Origin: Octopus vulgaris
Taxonomy: Eukaryota
Direction of reading: 5' to 3'
Length of the DNA: 64,000 bases
Assembly (NCBI GenBank): GCA_951406725.2
Contig: OX597836.1
Span: 26,970,001-27,034,000 of the forward strand
Part shown: piece after piece, positions 1-11,430 of the stretch
How positions within the stretch are numbered: the stretch's first letter is position 1
How the letters are laid out: each line of letters opens with the position of its first letter
The notes under the pieces: model-generated
What the model saw: only the letters and a program-made list of their open reading frames with translations
Told to the model about the DNA's origin: nothing
Databases searched by the model: none
Translations under genes and position numbers: made by a program

Positions 1-125
1 TATATATATATATATGGATACACACACACACACACACAAATATATGTATATTAATATAAATACACGAAAGTACATGAAGTTTGTTAAAAAAAGGGGATCA
101 TGTATATACCTCCTGGCTGTTGAGA

Positions 126-1735
126 TTATAACACCTCGTTGTAAACAATGTTCCTTGTTTTTCCTTGTGGAGCATATACAAAAAGGTTTCTTTTGGTTCC
201 TACTCTTGAGCAGCCAACATACAGTTGCCTATGCGAGAAGCAGGGCTCTTCCAAGAGAAGACCAGCTACAGAGAGGGTTTGACCCTGAGATTTGTTAATA
301 GACATGGCAAAGCTGACACGAAGGGGGAATTGCAGTCTTCTTAATGTAAATGGAATTTCTGCTCCTGATGGAGTAAGAGGAAATCTTGGAATAAAGACGT
401 CATCACCTTTTCCACATCCAGAAAGAATGATCGCCTCGATAACGTGTAATATCATTTTCTTTATCACCAGTCGTGTTCCATTGCAAAGTCTTGGTGGTTC
501 CAGATTGCGGAGTAGCATTACAGGAGTTCCAACTTTAAGTGGTAATATGTGTGGAGGTAGTCGAGGAGGGCTCCAGTGAATTGAGAAATTCAGGAGGATA
601 GTTCACAACTTCATTTATATCTGGAATTGTATCAACAGACTTGTAAGTGTGTATAGTGCCGGGAAGAGAATGCATTAGCTGTTGATTAATTTTGTTAACA
701 ACGACGTTTTTGGAGCTAATATTGCTCTTTCACACAGCCAATTGTGATTTTGGTAGTTTTGTGTGAAGTTAGGAAAGACTTTGTTTTTGAGGTCATCTAC
801 AGAATTAACAACAGGGGAAAATGACCACACTTCCATTTGTCCTGCAGCATCGAGAGGCATCTTGCCTTCACCAAGTGTCAAAATATCCTGTGCAAACTTT
901 GTGGACATTTTGTCGCCGTGTAGCTGAGCTCTCATGTTAGTGGTGAGACTAAAGATTGTAACATGATGCCACAGGGTAGAGGACTTTAGGCATGCTTGAA
1001 CTTCATCAGCTCTAGTGCCTTTCGGAATGACAGGAAGAGTTTGCCTGAAATCACCTGACAACAGAAGCGCTACACCTCCCATTGGAGCCTGACAGTCTCG
1101 GATGTCATTCAGGGCTCTATCTAATGCTTCCAAAGCTCCCTTGTGAGCCATAGTGCACTCATCCCAGACAATTACATAACACATTTTAAGTACTTGTCCC
1201 TGATCTGAGCTTTTGTTGATGTTGCATGAAGGCATTTCGGATGCTGCTACATTGAGAGGGAGTTTAAAAGTTGAGTGTGCTGTCCTGCCACCGGGTAACA
1301 AAGTAGCTGCAATGCCAGAGGAGGCTACAGCTACTGCAATGTCCTGATGCTACCTAACTTCTGCAAGGAGAAGCTTTGTAATAAATGTTTTTCCTGTCCC
1401 TCCAGGAGCATCGAGGAAGAAGATTCGTCCCTCGCGTTGGCGTACGCTGTTAAGAATAGTTTTGTAGGCCTGCAGCTGGTCCGGAAGTAATTTAGGCTCA
1501 TTTTCAACAATGTACTTTGAAAGCGCTTGAGTGTCGTAGGTTGTTTCACGAATGACAGCAGTGGGAAGGCTATATGACCCTGACCTGAATGCTTGTGGCA
1601 GGCCATACGTCGACAATTCATTTCCACCCAGTTTAGCAATTCTGTCTTCAACGTCAATGAGTGTTTTGTTATAGATTTCATTGCTGATACCCTCCATGTC
1701 AAGATAGAGCAGTTGAGCTTGGCGCTGAAGGGGAC
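126..1735 (-). mobile_element. Helitron RepHel remnant, PIF1-like helicase portion (decayed: stop near 1350, frameshifts near 700 and 560)
   Basis: Consecutive minus-strand ORFs give the Helitron/PIF1 motifs FFLDAPGGTGKTF, ASSGIAATLLPGGRTAHS, IVWDECTM, LSGDFRQTLPV, ERAILAPK, MLLRNL..LCNGTRL, RLQFP..FAMSINKSQGQTL, FSH.QLYV..SRV and T.NIVYNEVL. No Rep domain or termini are visible. Confidence 0.92.
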
Positions 1736-3309
1736 AATGTTTTTGAGATTCCGGTTCGAATGTAAGGCAGGTTTGAAAGTGTTCCCAACAGTTATTAGTT
1801 GTAGTGGTAGAGTGTTTATGCCGAATATGTACGTATGCATGTATATATATGTATGTATGCCTGTATATATGTACAAAATCCACTGAGAAGGCTTTTGTTG
1901 GTCTGAAGCTACAGCAGAAGACACATGCCAAGTCATCACACAGTGGGACTGAACCCTGGACCATGTGTTTGGAACGTAGTTTGTTACCACACAGCCACAC
2001 CTGCCCCTATGTATGTGTGTGTGTGTGTGTGTGTGTGCGTATGTATGTATGGGTAGATATATTATGCATGTATATATGTGTATATATGTGTACATATTAC
2101 ATGTACATCTATATATATACATCTACACATAAAATACAAAATACAAAGTTATATCTTGATATCGCTAGTGATAACAGTATTCAAAATATATAACAGACTG
2201 GAATTGTAGGCCCGTCTCTTGCAATTTCGATCAATTGGATCTTGTCCTCCCTCTTGTATAGAAGTGTACGGCTGCAGCGAAATTCATTTTTGGACTTTCT
2301 TCTATCGAAGGCATTTTAACAAAAATGCTTCCGTAAAGACGGTGAAAATATTGTCAATTTCCCCAAACAGGGACAATTTTTAAACAATAACCAAAGCCCC
2401 TTCTCCGAAAGGGGGAGGGTTACGGTTTACAATTATTTAACAAATGCAACACAACAACGTTTCCCTGACGAGGAACCAACAAACGTGATTACAATAGTCA
2501 AACAGTAATAATAATAACAACAAACCTTCTTAATTTATCCCCATTTATGTGAAACCACTTATTCAAGTTCAAGTCATTGATGCAATTTTATACGAATTGC
2601 TAATACACACACACACACACACACATAATCAGGGTGAAAAATTGAATATTAATTTGATTAATATGAATTGAAAACCAGTGGTGTAGCATATAAGACCATA
2701 GCGGATCTTCCTCTAGCAAAAAGGATGACCACTATTAATGGCTCCTCCCTGTTATATAATACTTTCACTTTAATAGTTTCACGCTTGCAAAGAGAAAGTA
2801 GGAAAAGTGTGGTGGTAATAGCAGGAGTAAACCACTTGAAATGAGAGAGGCAAATCGTAAAAAATTGAGTTTTCTCGAATTTTTGCTTAATTGGGGGTCA
2901 AATTGAAAAAAAATTTACATGCCATGACCCAATCGAATCTACTTGGAAAAATCATAGGTAAATTCCAATTGAAGAAATTCTATATTGTAGAATTGTATTA
3001 AAAAGGAACATGGGAACAGGCAGAGAAAATCTGCCTTTTACCATAAGAGATATCGTCAAGAGGCGGCAAACCTCTGGCAGCTGCTTGCTGCTTCTTGATG
3101 TCATCTTTGATAACTAGCGACAGACACAGTATATTTTGATCTGTATGCGGTAGGTTTATCAAAGCAAAAACCCCAAAAGTTATATATATATAACTCCTCA
3201 TCAGTTTTCGATCAGAGAGTCAAGTGCAATTTCGCGCCTTAACGATAATATTGAATCTCCATCTGGTGGCGCCGATGGCGAAAACGCTACCGGGAATTGG
3301 CGATGTGAC

Positions 3310-3686
3310 TATGTGGTAAGTAGCTTGCTTACCAACCACATGGTTCTGGGTTCAGTCCCATTGCGTGGCACCTTGGGCAAGTGTCTTCTACTATAGCCTC
3401 GGGTCGACCAAAGCCTTGTGAGTGGATTTGGTAGACGTATATATGTATATATATGTGTATGTGTGTGTGTATATGTTTGTGTGTCTGTGTTTGCCCCCAC
3501 AACATCGCTTGACAACCTATGCTGGTGTGTTTACCTCCCCGTAACTTAGCGGTTCGGCAAAAGAGACGGATTGTATAAATACTAGGCTTACAAAGAATAA
3601 GTCCTGGGGTCGATTTGCTCGACTAAAGTCGGTGCTCCAGCATGGCCGCAGTCAAATGACTGAAACAAGTAAAAGAGTAAAGAGTA
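3310..3686 (+). mobile_element. tRNA-derived SINE family A (CORE-like), representative copy
   Basis: tRNA-like head (tgtggtaag...gggttcagtccc), CORE-like ccttgggcaagtgtctt, internal (TA/TG)n, tail ggtgctccagcatggccgcagtcaaatgactgaaacaagtaaaagag. Other full or partial copies at about 1880-2008(-), 7590-7820, 8160-8522(-), 15760-15950, 16590-16890(-), 16921-17323(-), 23306-23692, 24241-24648(-), 30225-31000, 34945-35081(-), 42280-42448(-), 43255-43650. Confidence 0.9.
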
Positions 3687-4482
3687 ACCAGACAAAAAAT
3701 AAACAACTATGCGATACGGAAAGTTAACATACAAATGTGGAATAAATTTAATTCAAGATGAGGCAATTAGTGGACGGATAGTGGGCAGAGACGAAAGCAA
3801 ACAGGACGGCTGTGGGCAGGAGAAGAAACTGGAATGAATAAACAAACAAAATAAGGCTTTAGGACCGGCCGGATAGCAGATGGAAAATAGTCAGCCAAAG
3901 GTGAATGGAGAGGGAGACGAGAGAAAATGATGCAACCGTCAGGAAGTCGGCGTGAAAAGGAAGAAGATAAGACGATGACTACAGGTCACATTTCTGTAGG
4001 AGAAAGGATGACAATTTTTATTTCTTCAAATAAAATATTTGAACCAAGAAAAAAAAAAAAAGAGAAAAAAAAAAATTCACTGACAAATCTTCGTGCTGCA
4101 TCATGATGCAGCACGAAGCTTTGTCAGTGAACAGGTCGCGGTCTCAAAGCGACGAAAATATTTTCACAAATTAAATTTAAACGTTGAAGTGAATCTAGCG
4201 GTTTTGTGTGTTTCTTAAATGGCTTATAAACACCTTCCACGCAGCAAGTGTTTTATATATATATAGGGAGAGTTTACGAAAATAAACAAAAGACGAAGGC
4301 AGGTGGAGTACAAACAAACAAATGTATTAGTATAGCGCTCAGGAATAGAAAAAGTATTTTACGTTTCGAGCCTACGCTCTTCGACAGAAAGATACACAGA
4401 AAAAACAAGGAGAGAAACAAGGAGAAAAAAAATTTATGTAATATATGAGAAAAATACGAAAAAAATAAAGTGAAAACGAAAG

Positions 4483-4518
<36 letters not shown>

Positions 4519-4520
<2 letters not shown>

Positions 4521-4908
4521 TACAAAATTAGAGAATGGAGTTATATTTATATGTATATGATTATATAATATTTTTCACTATTATAACAAATTTAATTTAA
4601 TTCTCTGAAGAGGCCGTGGGGCATCCTTGTTAATGCCTCATTTATACCTGCCTTTATGGCTTATAGGTTAAATGAGGTATGACTGTCCTCACTGCCGAAA
4701 CAGCTGTCAGTTTTGATTTATTTGCATATTATATTTGAAATTTTTTACTTATATCTCTTTATCTTTTTACTATTACTGTATATCTCATTTCATTTTATAT
4801 ATTGCCTTTACTCATATGTAATGGTGTATTAAAGTATGGATTGAGTATCATCGGATAGTTGATGTTTTACTGATTTAAGTATGTTTCTCCATTCTCTAAT
4901 TTTGTAGT
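4519..4908 (+). mobile_element. Non-autonomous Penelope-like insertion in a (TA)n tract, with a terminal inverted stub
   Basis: actacaaaattagagaatggag (4519) is inverted to ctccattctctaattttgtagt (~4887-4908). It contains a hammerhead motif and is flanked by (TA)n. Confidence 0.6.
4600..4714 (+). ncRNA. Hammerhead ribozyme motif (Penelope type I, long stem II, palindromic stem III)
   Basis: CTGAAGA-GGC...(hairpin cctcatttatacctg/taggttaaatgagg)...GCC-GAAAC-AGCT-GTC. Both conserved core boxes and an NUH cleavage triplet are present. Confidence 0.72.
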
Positions 4909-5071
4909 ATTAATTTACGGTAATATTATTACCTTTACCCATATAATACAATAGATGAACTGATTGTTTGACAATTTTTAACATCTATGTATTAATTTTG
5001 TTGGGTACCTATCTAGCAGTATATTGGATATATATTATCCCATGGTGGGTTGAATTTTCAACCCCTATCTC

Positions 5072-5128
<57 letters not shown>

Positions 5129-6266
5129 GTACGTATGTATGTATGTATGTATGTATGTATATACATACTCACACACACACACAAAAAGAGATAAATTGAT
5201 AGATACAACTAAGTGGGCAAAGAAAAATATGAGACACTGCCTAGTGCTTTTTTTATGTTGATAAGCCTGGTACTTATTCTATCAGTTTCTTTTTGTCAAA
5301 CCTGTAAGTAATGGGGATGTAAATAAACGAACATCAGTTGTGAAGCAGTGATGACGGCGAAACACAGTGACAAAGACACACACATACACTTACATATATA
5401 CATACATATAAATACGATTGATTTCATTCAGTTTCTGTCTATGAAATCCATATATATACACACACACATAATTTATAATATCGGGGTAATAAAGATTTTA
5501 GAAATTTTTACTACCAGTGGCCTAGCTTATAGAAAAATTAGTCAATAGACTATATATTATTCATATAAAATACAGTGTACATTTAAACACATTAAGAGGT
5601 TTCCATCATAGGAATCCTTTACGCTAGAAAGAACAGCTAAAGTCCAAACCACTAATTAGGGATAAATTCTCGAATGGAATAAAAATATTTTTTCATTCCC
5701 ATTATTTTCCATTCCCTTCGAGTATTTATCCCTAATTAGAACTACCCATATAAAAAAAAAGAACAGCGTCCGGAAAATTCACCGTAAACATTTTTGCCGT
5801 GAGAAAATTTGCAGTAGGAAAAATCCGCCCCACGGACAATAATAAAGTGTATTATATCAGCATTTTTAAAAAAGGAAAGAAAAACGAAAAAAAAAAAAAT
5901 GATAAAAACATCAAATAGGCAAATCTTTATTCAATGTCAAATATTAGAAAAAAATGTGATGAGGTCATTTAATACGTATGGGAATTCCAAGCAAAGCTGC
6001 GCAAATAGTGTACTTTTTGCTGCAGATTGTGTAGGAGTATTTGTGTTTAAATTCTTGCATTAATCTCGCTATAATTTTTTCTCGGTACTTTTTGGTTACC
6101 TCCCTTAATTAAAACAAAGTTGTTTAACCCTAAATAAAACAAAAAAATGAAAAAAAATTAATAAATATGAAAACGGAAAAAATTAAACATCCTACTGAAT
6201 CTAATAACACAGTTCCATATTTAAGAGATGAGGAATTATGTACATTATTTACATTTGTTTGTTGTT

Positions 6267-6311
6267 AACACAACGTTTCGGCTGATATACCCTCCAGCCT
6301 TCATCAGGTGC
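6267..6311 (-). ncRNA. Minimal hammerhead ribozyme at the 3' end of a Penelope-like element
   Basis: Minus strand reads gcac-CTGATGA-a-GGCTG-gagggtatat-CAGCC-GAAAC-GTT-gtgt: stem I gcac/gtgt, stem II ggctg/cagcc, palindromic AACGTT stem III. Confidence 0.8.
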
Positions 6312-6378
6312 CTTGGGGAAATTTCGAACATTGGGCTCTCATTCCTAAGGTATTTTTCGATGTTGTTATTATTATTCA

Positions 6379-6449
6379 GGTCACTGCCTGGAATCGAACT
6401 CGGAATCTTGGGGTTAGTAGCCCGCGCTCTTAACCACTACACCGTAGGT
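6379..6449 (-). other. tRNA-like Pol III promoter module (not a canonical tRNA gene) in the 3' region of a Penelope-like element
   Basis: gtgtagTGGTTAAGagcgcgggctactaaccccaagattccgaGTTCGATTCCaggcagtgacc has A and B boxes and an anticodon-arm-like stem. Second copy at 50749-50814. Confidence 0.65.
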
Positions 6450-6472
6450 AATTATGGAGTGAATTTTAAGGA

Positions 6473-7590
6473 TTATAAATCTAATATTTTCTTATCCTTC
6501 CTTAATACCGGTTCCCATATGCTACTCATATCTGCACTCGGTCTGCTTAGGAGGTTGTTGTGTCCTAGCATATGTGTTGCTTCTTTTAGTTTTCGTAATT
6601 TCCATTGGTGTTCTCTGTCTATTATTTTAACTTCATCCCACAGGGGGAGGTGGTCTCCATTTTTCCATACATGATCAGCTATACCCGATTTATCAATATC
6701 TCCTCTTGTCACAGCTTCGCGATTTTCCTCTACTCTTATTTTGAGGGGGCGGCATGTTTCGTCTTTGTATAACCTACCACAGCTGCATGGGATGGAATAC
6801 ACGCAGTTTTTTTGGTCACATTCACTTCTATTTGTGGCTTTACTCGAAGGAGATATTTGAGAAGTGTTGCATTACTCTTGAATTCTGTTCTGATGTCATA
6901 TCGGCCGCATATCTTTTGTATCTTTTCGGAGAGGCCTTTCACACAGGGTAGACAGATTGCGGACAGTTTATTGGTTTCGTCCTCTCTTTTCTTCATAATT
7001 GGAGTGGATAGTATGTTTTTGGGGGTAGTTGTTGCTTAATAGGTTCTTACAGGGCTTGATCATTTCTTCGTGGTGGGTATCACGATTGCTACTTATATTC
7101 TTTGCTCGATGTTTTAGACACTGAGAAATCACTGGGAACTGAAGTTGAGGTGGCGTCCAGGGAAGGTCGGCTTGCAGTATACGGATGTCCTGTGCGTGTT
7201 ATTAATACGTCCAGGAATGCTAGCTGATTGTCTTTTCCTTTTCCATTGTGAACTGCATTGTGAAATGCCTTTATTGAGTTCATGTGATCTAACAGCACTT
7301 GGACATCTTCCTGGTGGGACCAGAGTATAAAGGTGTCATCAACATATCACAGCCACAGGGTTGATTCACAATGGAAAAGGAAAAAGACAATCAGCTAGCA
7401 TTCCTCAATGTATTAATAACACGCACCAAGTATGGATTCAGGACATCCGTATACCGCAAGTCAACCCTTACTGGACGATACCTCAACTTCAATTCCCACC
7501 ATCCATACAGTGTAAAAAAAGAGATTGCTCAGTGCCTAAAACATCGAGCAAAAAATATAAGTAGCGATCGTGATACACACCAGCGAAGCC
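6473..7590 (-). mobile_element. Penelope-like element remnant: RT C-terminus plus GIY-YIG endonuclease, with an inverted duplicated RT segment at 7361-7590 (+)
   Basis: YSIPCSCGRLY..ET.RPL..R..E, SGIADHVW..DH..WDEVKIIDRE..W.LRKLKEA, LP.VKGLSEKI, EKEKDNQLAFL.V.ITR...TSVYRK.T.TGRYLNFNSHHP. Confidence 0.88.
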
Positions 7591-7879
7591 TTATGAGTGG
7601 ATTTGGTGAACGGAAACCGAAAGAAGCCCGTTTGTCCCCACCACCATCGCTTGACAACCGATGTTGGTGTGCTTACGTCCCCGTAACTTAGCGGTTCGGC
7701 AAAAGAGACCGATAGAATAAGTACTAGGCTTACAAAGAATAAGTCCTGGGGTCGATTTATTCGACTTAAGGCTGTGCTCCAGCATGGCTGCAGTCAAATG
7801 ACTGAAACAAATAAAAGAAAAAATAACCAACTATTTGTGTTTGGTTTTCTTTTGTTTTTTTTTTTGTTGTTTTCTAAAA

Positions 7880-8835
7880 AATACGACTAACAATATTTAT
7901 CGCAAAATTGTGGCTATCGGTTTCAAGTTGCGCTATCAAACAGAAGTAGAATTTCACAACAAAATCCAATGCTTCACTGCATTAGTATGTCTTACAACAG
8001 AAGGCGAAGATGTTATTGAAGATGGAGTTGTTTTATTGACTGGCGACGATGATTTGCTCCGAGAATTTGCATCGTATTTTGAAACTCACTGTTTCGAAGG
8101 TGAACGAGGTCGAAGCTCGTGAAGGCGAAGAATGGAGCCAACATTTCCTATAGAATTAGTCTTTTATTCTCTCACTTGTTTCAGTCATTTGACTGCGGCC
8201 ATTCTGGAGCACCGCCTGGAAGGGTTTTAATCGAACAAATCAACTTCAGGACTTCTTTAAGCCTAGTACTTATTCGATCGGTCTCTCTTTGCTGAACCGT
8301 TAACTCACGGAGACATAAACACACTGACACCGGTTGTCAATCGGCGATGGAGTACACACACACACACACACACACACGACGGACTTCTTTCAGTTTTCGT
8401 CGACCAAATCCACTCACAAGGCTTTGGTCGGCCCGAAGCTATAGAAGACACTTGCTCAAAGTGCCACTCAGTGGGACTGAACCCGGAACCAGCTTCTTAC
8501 CACTCAGCCACACCTGCGCCTATGTGGAATATTTTCGAAAGTGCTCATGACGAATATGAGCTCTTCCCAATGCAATAAATACAATGATCCATCAGTAACA
8601 TGCATTCAGATATCCGGAAACTCATGACGTATTTGAAAAAGGAAGAGAGTATAGCGCAAAAGAAAAAAATCGTATGATTTAAATCGAGGAGATGCAGCAG
8701 AAATAAAGAAAAAGCATAAAGATGTTAATTAATGCTGTATTTTAGAGACAAATCCTTTGATACAATCCGAAGCAAAATGTATGCTATTTACGCAGCATTG
8801 CTTCGAATTTTTATACGTGTTAAATGGAGCTCATC
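7880..8835 (+). mobile_element. MULE (Mutator-like) transposase 3' remnant, interrupted by a SINE A copy at 8160-8522
   Basis: YRKIVAIGFKLRY...F...I.CFTAL, FASYFETH...RRMEPTFPIE|LWN, HSDIRKLMTYLKKEE, YLRSIASN. A related 3' fragment lies in inverse orientation at about 5950-6100. Confidence 0.7.
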
Positions 8836-9046
8836 GCGTTTTTTTTTTTTTATGTTTGACATTGAATAAAGTCTTGCTTTTTTAGAAGGTTCAGTGGAAA
8901 TAAACAACGAGAGAAAATAGCAAAAAAAGGTTTAGTGGCAAATGCCGGACAGAAGTGGGCAGACAGGAGAGCTAGGAAGAACGGGAGATAATAAAGTAGT
9001 GGTGATCCCAAAACGTAGGTGCGCGTGCATGTGTATGTGAGAGCGT

Positions 9047-9895
9047 ATGTCGTTGCTAAGCTCCTGCAACCCCCGCGGTCGCAGAGGGCTTCCGCGGTTG
9101 GAGGGCCCCATGTAAAGATCAAAGTACGTTGATGACTCATCTATTTACTTTGGTTAAGATGTTGAACAAGAATTAAGCTATCCGTGTTGACTGAAAATTT
9201 CAAGAAATAAAATAGTGATGCAGTGTACCTGCCAAAGTTCTCGTAAAAATATTACATTGTACTACGAACGTATACCAGACTTTGTGGATTGTCTGTGATA
9301 TCTGTTGAACACGAACTTTGCTCTCAGCTTGATTGAAGTGATCAGTGATTTCGCGAAGCGGAAAATGCGCCGTGTTTGTCTTTGAAAGTTGCCTGGATTA
9401 TAAAAGTGCTCTTTTAGGATCTTTTCGGTTTGACCGGCAGTTTTTAAAAATAATTTCCACGTAACTAAACACTTTTAAACTTCGTATACTGGTAGAATGT
9501 GTTTATAAAACATCTTTTTCTCTTGGCTTTATTGAGAAAATTCTATAGTTTGTAAGATATTTATTGTTTTTTTTTCTTCAATTCCTGCAATTTCAACCAA
9601 TCAATGACGTCTATTGAGGTGAAAAAAAATTCTGTGCCGTATGAATGTGTCCCTCGTTTAAGAAACAGATTGGGTTTATTTACATTTGTGAAGAAAAAAA
9701 AGATACCCTTCCCCCACCCCTAACCCTAAAACAGATTGAAATGCAATACGTCGATACTAGGATCATAATTGTGGGTGACAATTTCATATGACACCGCTAG
9801 AAAAAACTGCCGTTCAAACCGAAAAGATCCCTCTTTTATTCATTTCTGGATGTTTTGCTTAATGGAATTTGTAAATAAATTTAACTTGTACTATT
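9047..9895 (+). mobile_element. Non-autonomous DNA element fragment, with an inverted paralog at 13042-13473
   Basis: About 430 bp (excluding the nested MITE) match the reverse complement of 13042-13473, whose end CAGGGTCGTCGCTAAGCCCC is hAT-like. Confidence 0.75.
9417..9830. mobile_element. MITE with GGATCTTTTCGGTTTGA TIRs and an 8-bp TSD (Merlin-like)
   Basis: TIRs ggatcttttcggtttgaccggcagtttt / aaaactgccgttcaaaccgaaaagatcc. TSD ctctttta at 9409-9416 and 9831-9838. Partial second copy at about 38470-38694. Confidence 0.88.
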
Positions 9896-11002
9896 GTAAA
9901 TATTTGTACATAAATTTAACTTGTACTATGACATGGTAGCGTTTGTAATATTTCTGCAAACTATTCGCTACTCCTGTTGCTCTCTGCTTTCTACTCTCTT
10001 CCTTCCTGGTTGGTATACCCCTTTACGTCACAAATGAAAGCAACTTGCTGTAAGAATTTCTGACCTTGACGTCCAATCAAACTCTGTAATTGTCTTCTTC
10101 CTCTTCATATATAATTGGGTGGGATTTGATCTCAAAAGTTTGCTTTATCATGGGATAAATCAATCGATCAGTCAATCGATTGTTCTATCAATCAAACAGC
10201 CGAGCTATTGGTCAATCGGCCATACGACCAAACTAACAGCCAAAGAATCGATCAATCAAACAATTGATTATTCAACAAATCAACCAACCAATCAATCAAT
10301 CAATTAATCATTCCGACGAGGCTTGACTTGGAGCTAGAACTTCTCTCCTCTCAACTCATCTCATAAACCAACATTCTCTTCAGTTACAATGCCACAACAC
10401 CGTCCTCTTCTCTTTCTTCTTCTTCCAATCAGGACTCACGCCATTAGCCACAAAGAATTATGGCTAATTCGAGCCTACTCTAAGCTACTAAGAATGCATG
10501 TGGCAACTTGAAGATCCACCCAACACACGCAATAGACTGGCGGTTGCACGGGCGCGAAAGCTACGGTGTTATCCTCATTCCGTAAACAGTGGCTTTTTTA
10601 ACGGGTGGAGAGCGGAACCATCCTGGGGTACAGAGGATTCGCAATCTAGACTAGGGTCTGAAAGTTTTACCGCACCATAGTGGGTTACACCATGGTTCCT
10701 CTGCTTTGTGGAAGAAGTAGGAAGAGTGAAAGTTGTGGTGAAAGAGTACAACGGGGTTCACTACCCCTCCCCGCCGGAGCCTCGTGGAGCTTAGGTGTTT
10801 TTGCTCAATAAACACTCACAATGCCCGGTCTAGGAATCGAAACCGCGAGTCCGCTACCCTAACCACTGGGCCATTGCGTCTCCACTGTACTTGTACATGT
10901 CTCCATTTAGTTTCTTTTAAATTCTGTTTTATGTTGTCCATGCTCAGACACACACTTTCTGTAATCTGGCCACACGAATTTCTTTACCATTCTAAGACAT
11001 CA

Positions 11003-11058
<56 letters not shown>

Positions 11059-11180
11059 CACCTATGTATGTATGTATGTGTCTGTATGTCTGTCTGTCTA
11101 TCTATCTATCTACCTACCTACCTATGTATGTATGTGTCTGTATGTCTGTCTGTCTATCTATCTATCTACCTACCTACCTA

Positions 11181-11211
<31 letters not shown>

Positions 11212-11387
11212 CCTACCTACCCACCTATGTATGTATGTGTCTGTATGTCTATCTATCTATCTATCTACCCACCTATGTATGTATGTGTCTGTATGTCTGT
11301 CTATCTATCTACCTACCTACCTATCTATCTATCTATCTATCTACCTACCCACCTATGTATGTATGTATGTGTCTGTATGTCTGTCTG

Positions 11388-11428
<41 letters not shown>

Positions 11429-11430
11429 TT
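11003..11430. repeat. Compound (TATC)n/(TATG)n/(TACC)n microsatellite
   Basis: Directly visible tetranucleotide arrays. Confidence 0.95.

Noticed and set aside
126-1735. Host PIF1 helicase gene
   Set aside because: Intronless and disrupted, with Helitron-type motifs (LDAPGGTGKT, T.NIVY.EVL terminus).
3309-3515. Recurrent ORFs containing RLPNPLTR...RRHLPK...GTEP.TMWLVSKLLTT (also at 17100, 23296, 24431 and elsewhere)
   Set aside because: Antisense translation of SINE A; not a gene family.
6379-6449. Functional tRNA genes, here and in the SINE heads
   Set aside because: Acceptor stems pair poorly and each unit is embedded in a repeat; they are best treated as tRNA-derived promoters.
10020-10120. 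CRE-like (ttacgtca, tgacgtcc), CCAAT and TATA-like motifs as the peptidase promoter
   Set aside because: Short motifs 2.4 kb upstream of the ATG with no TSS evidence; compatible with chance.
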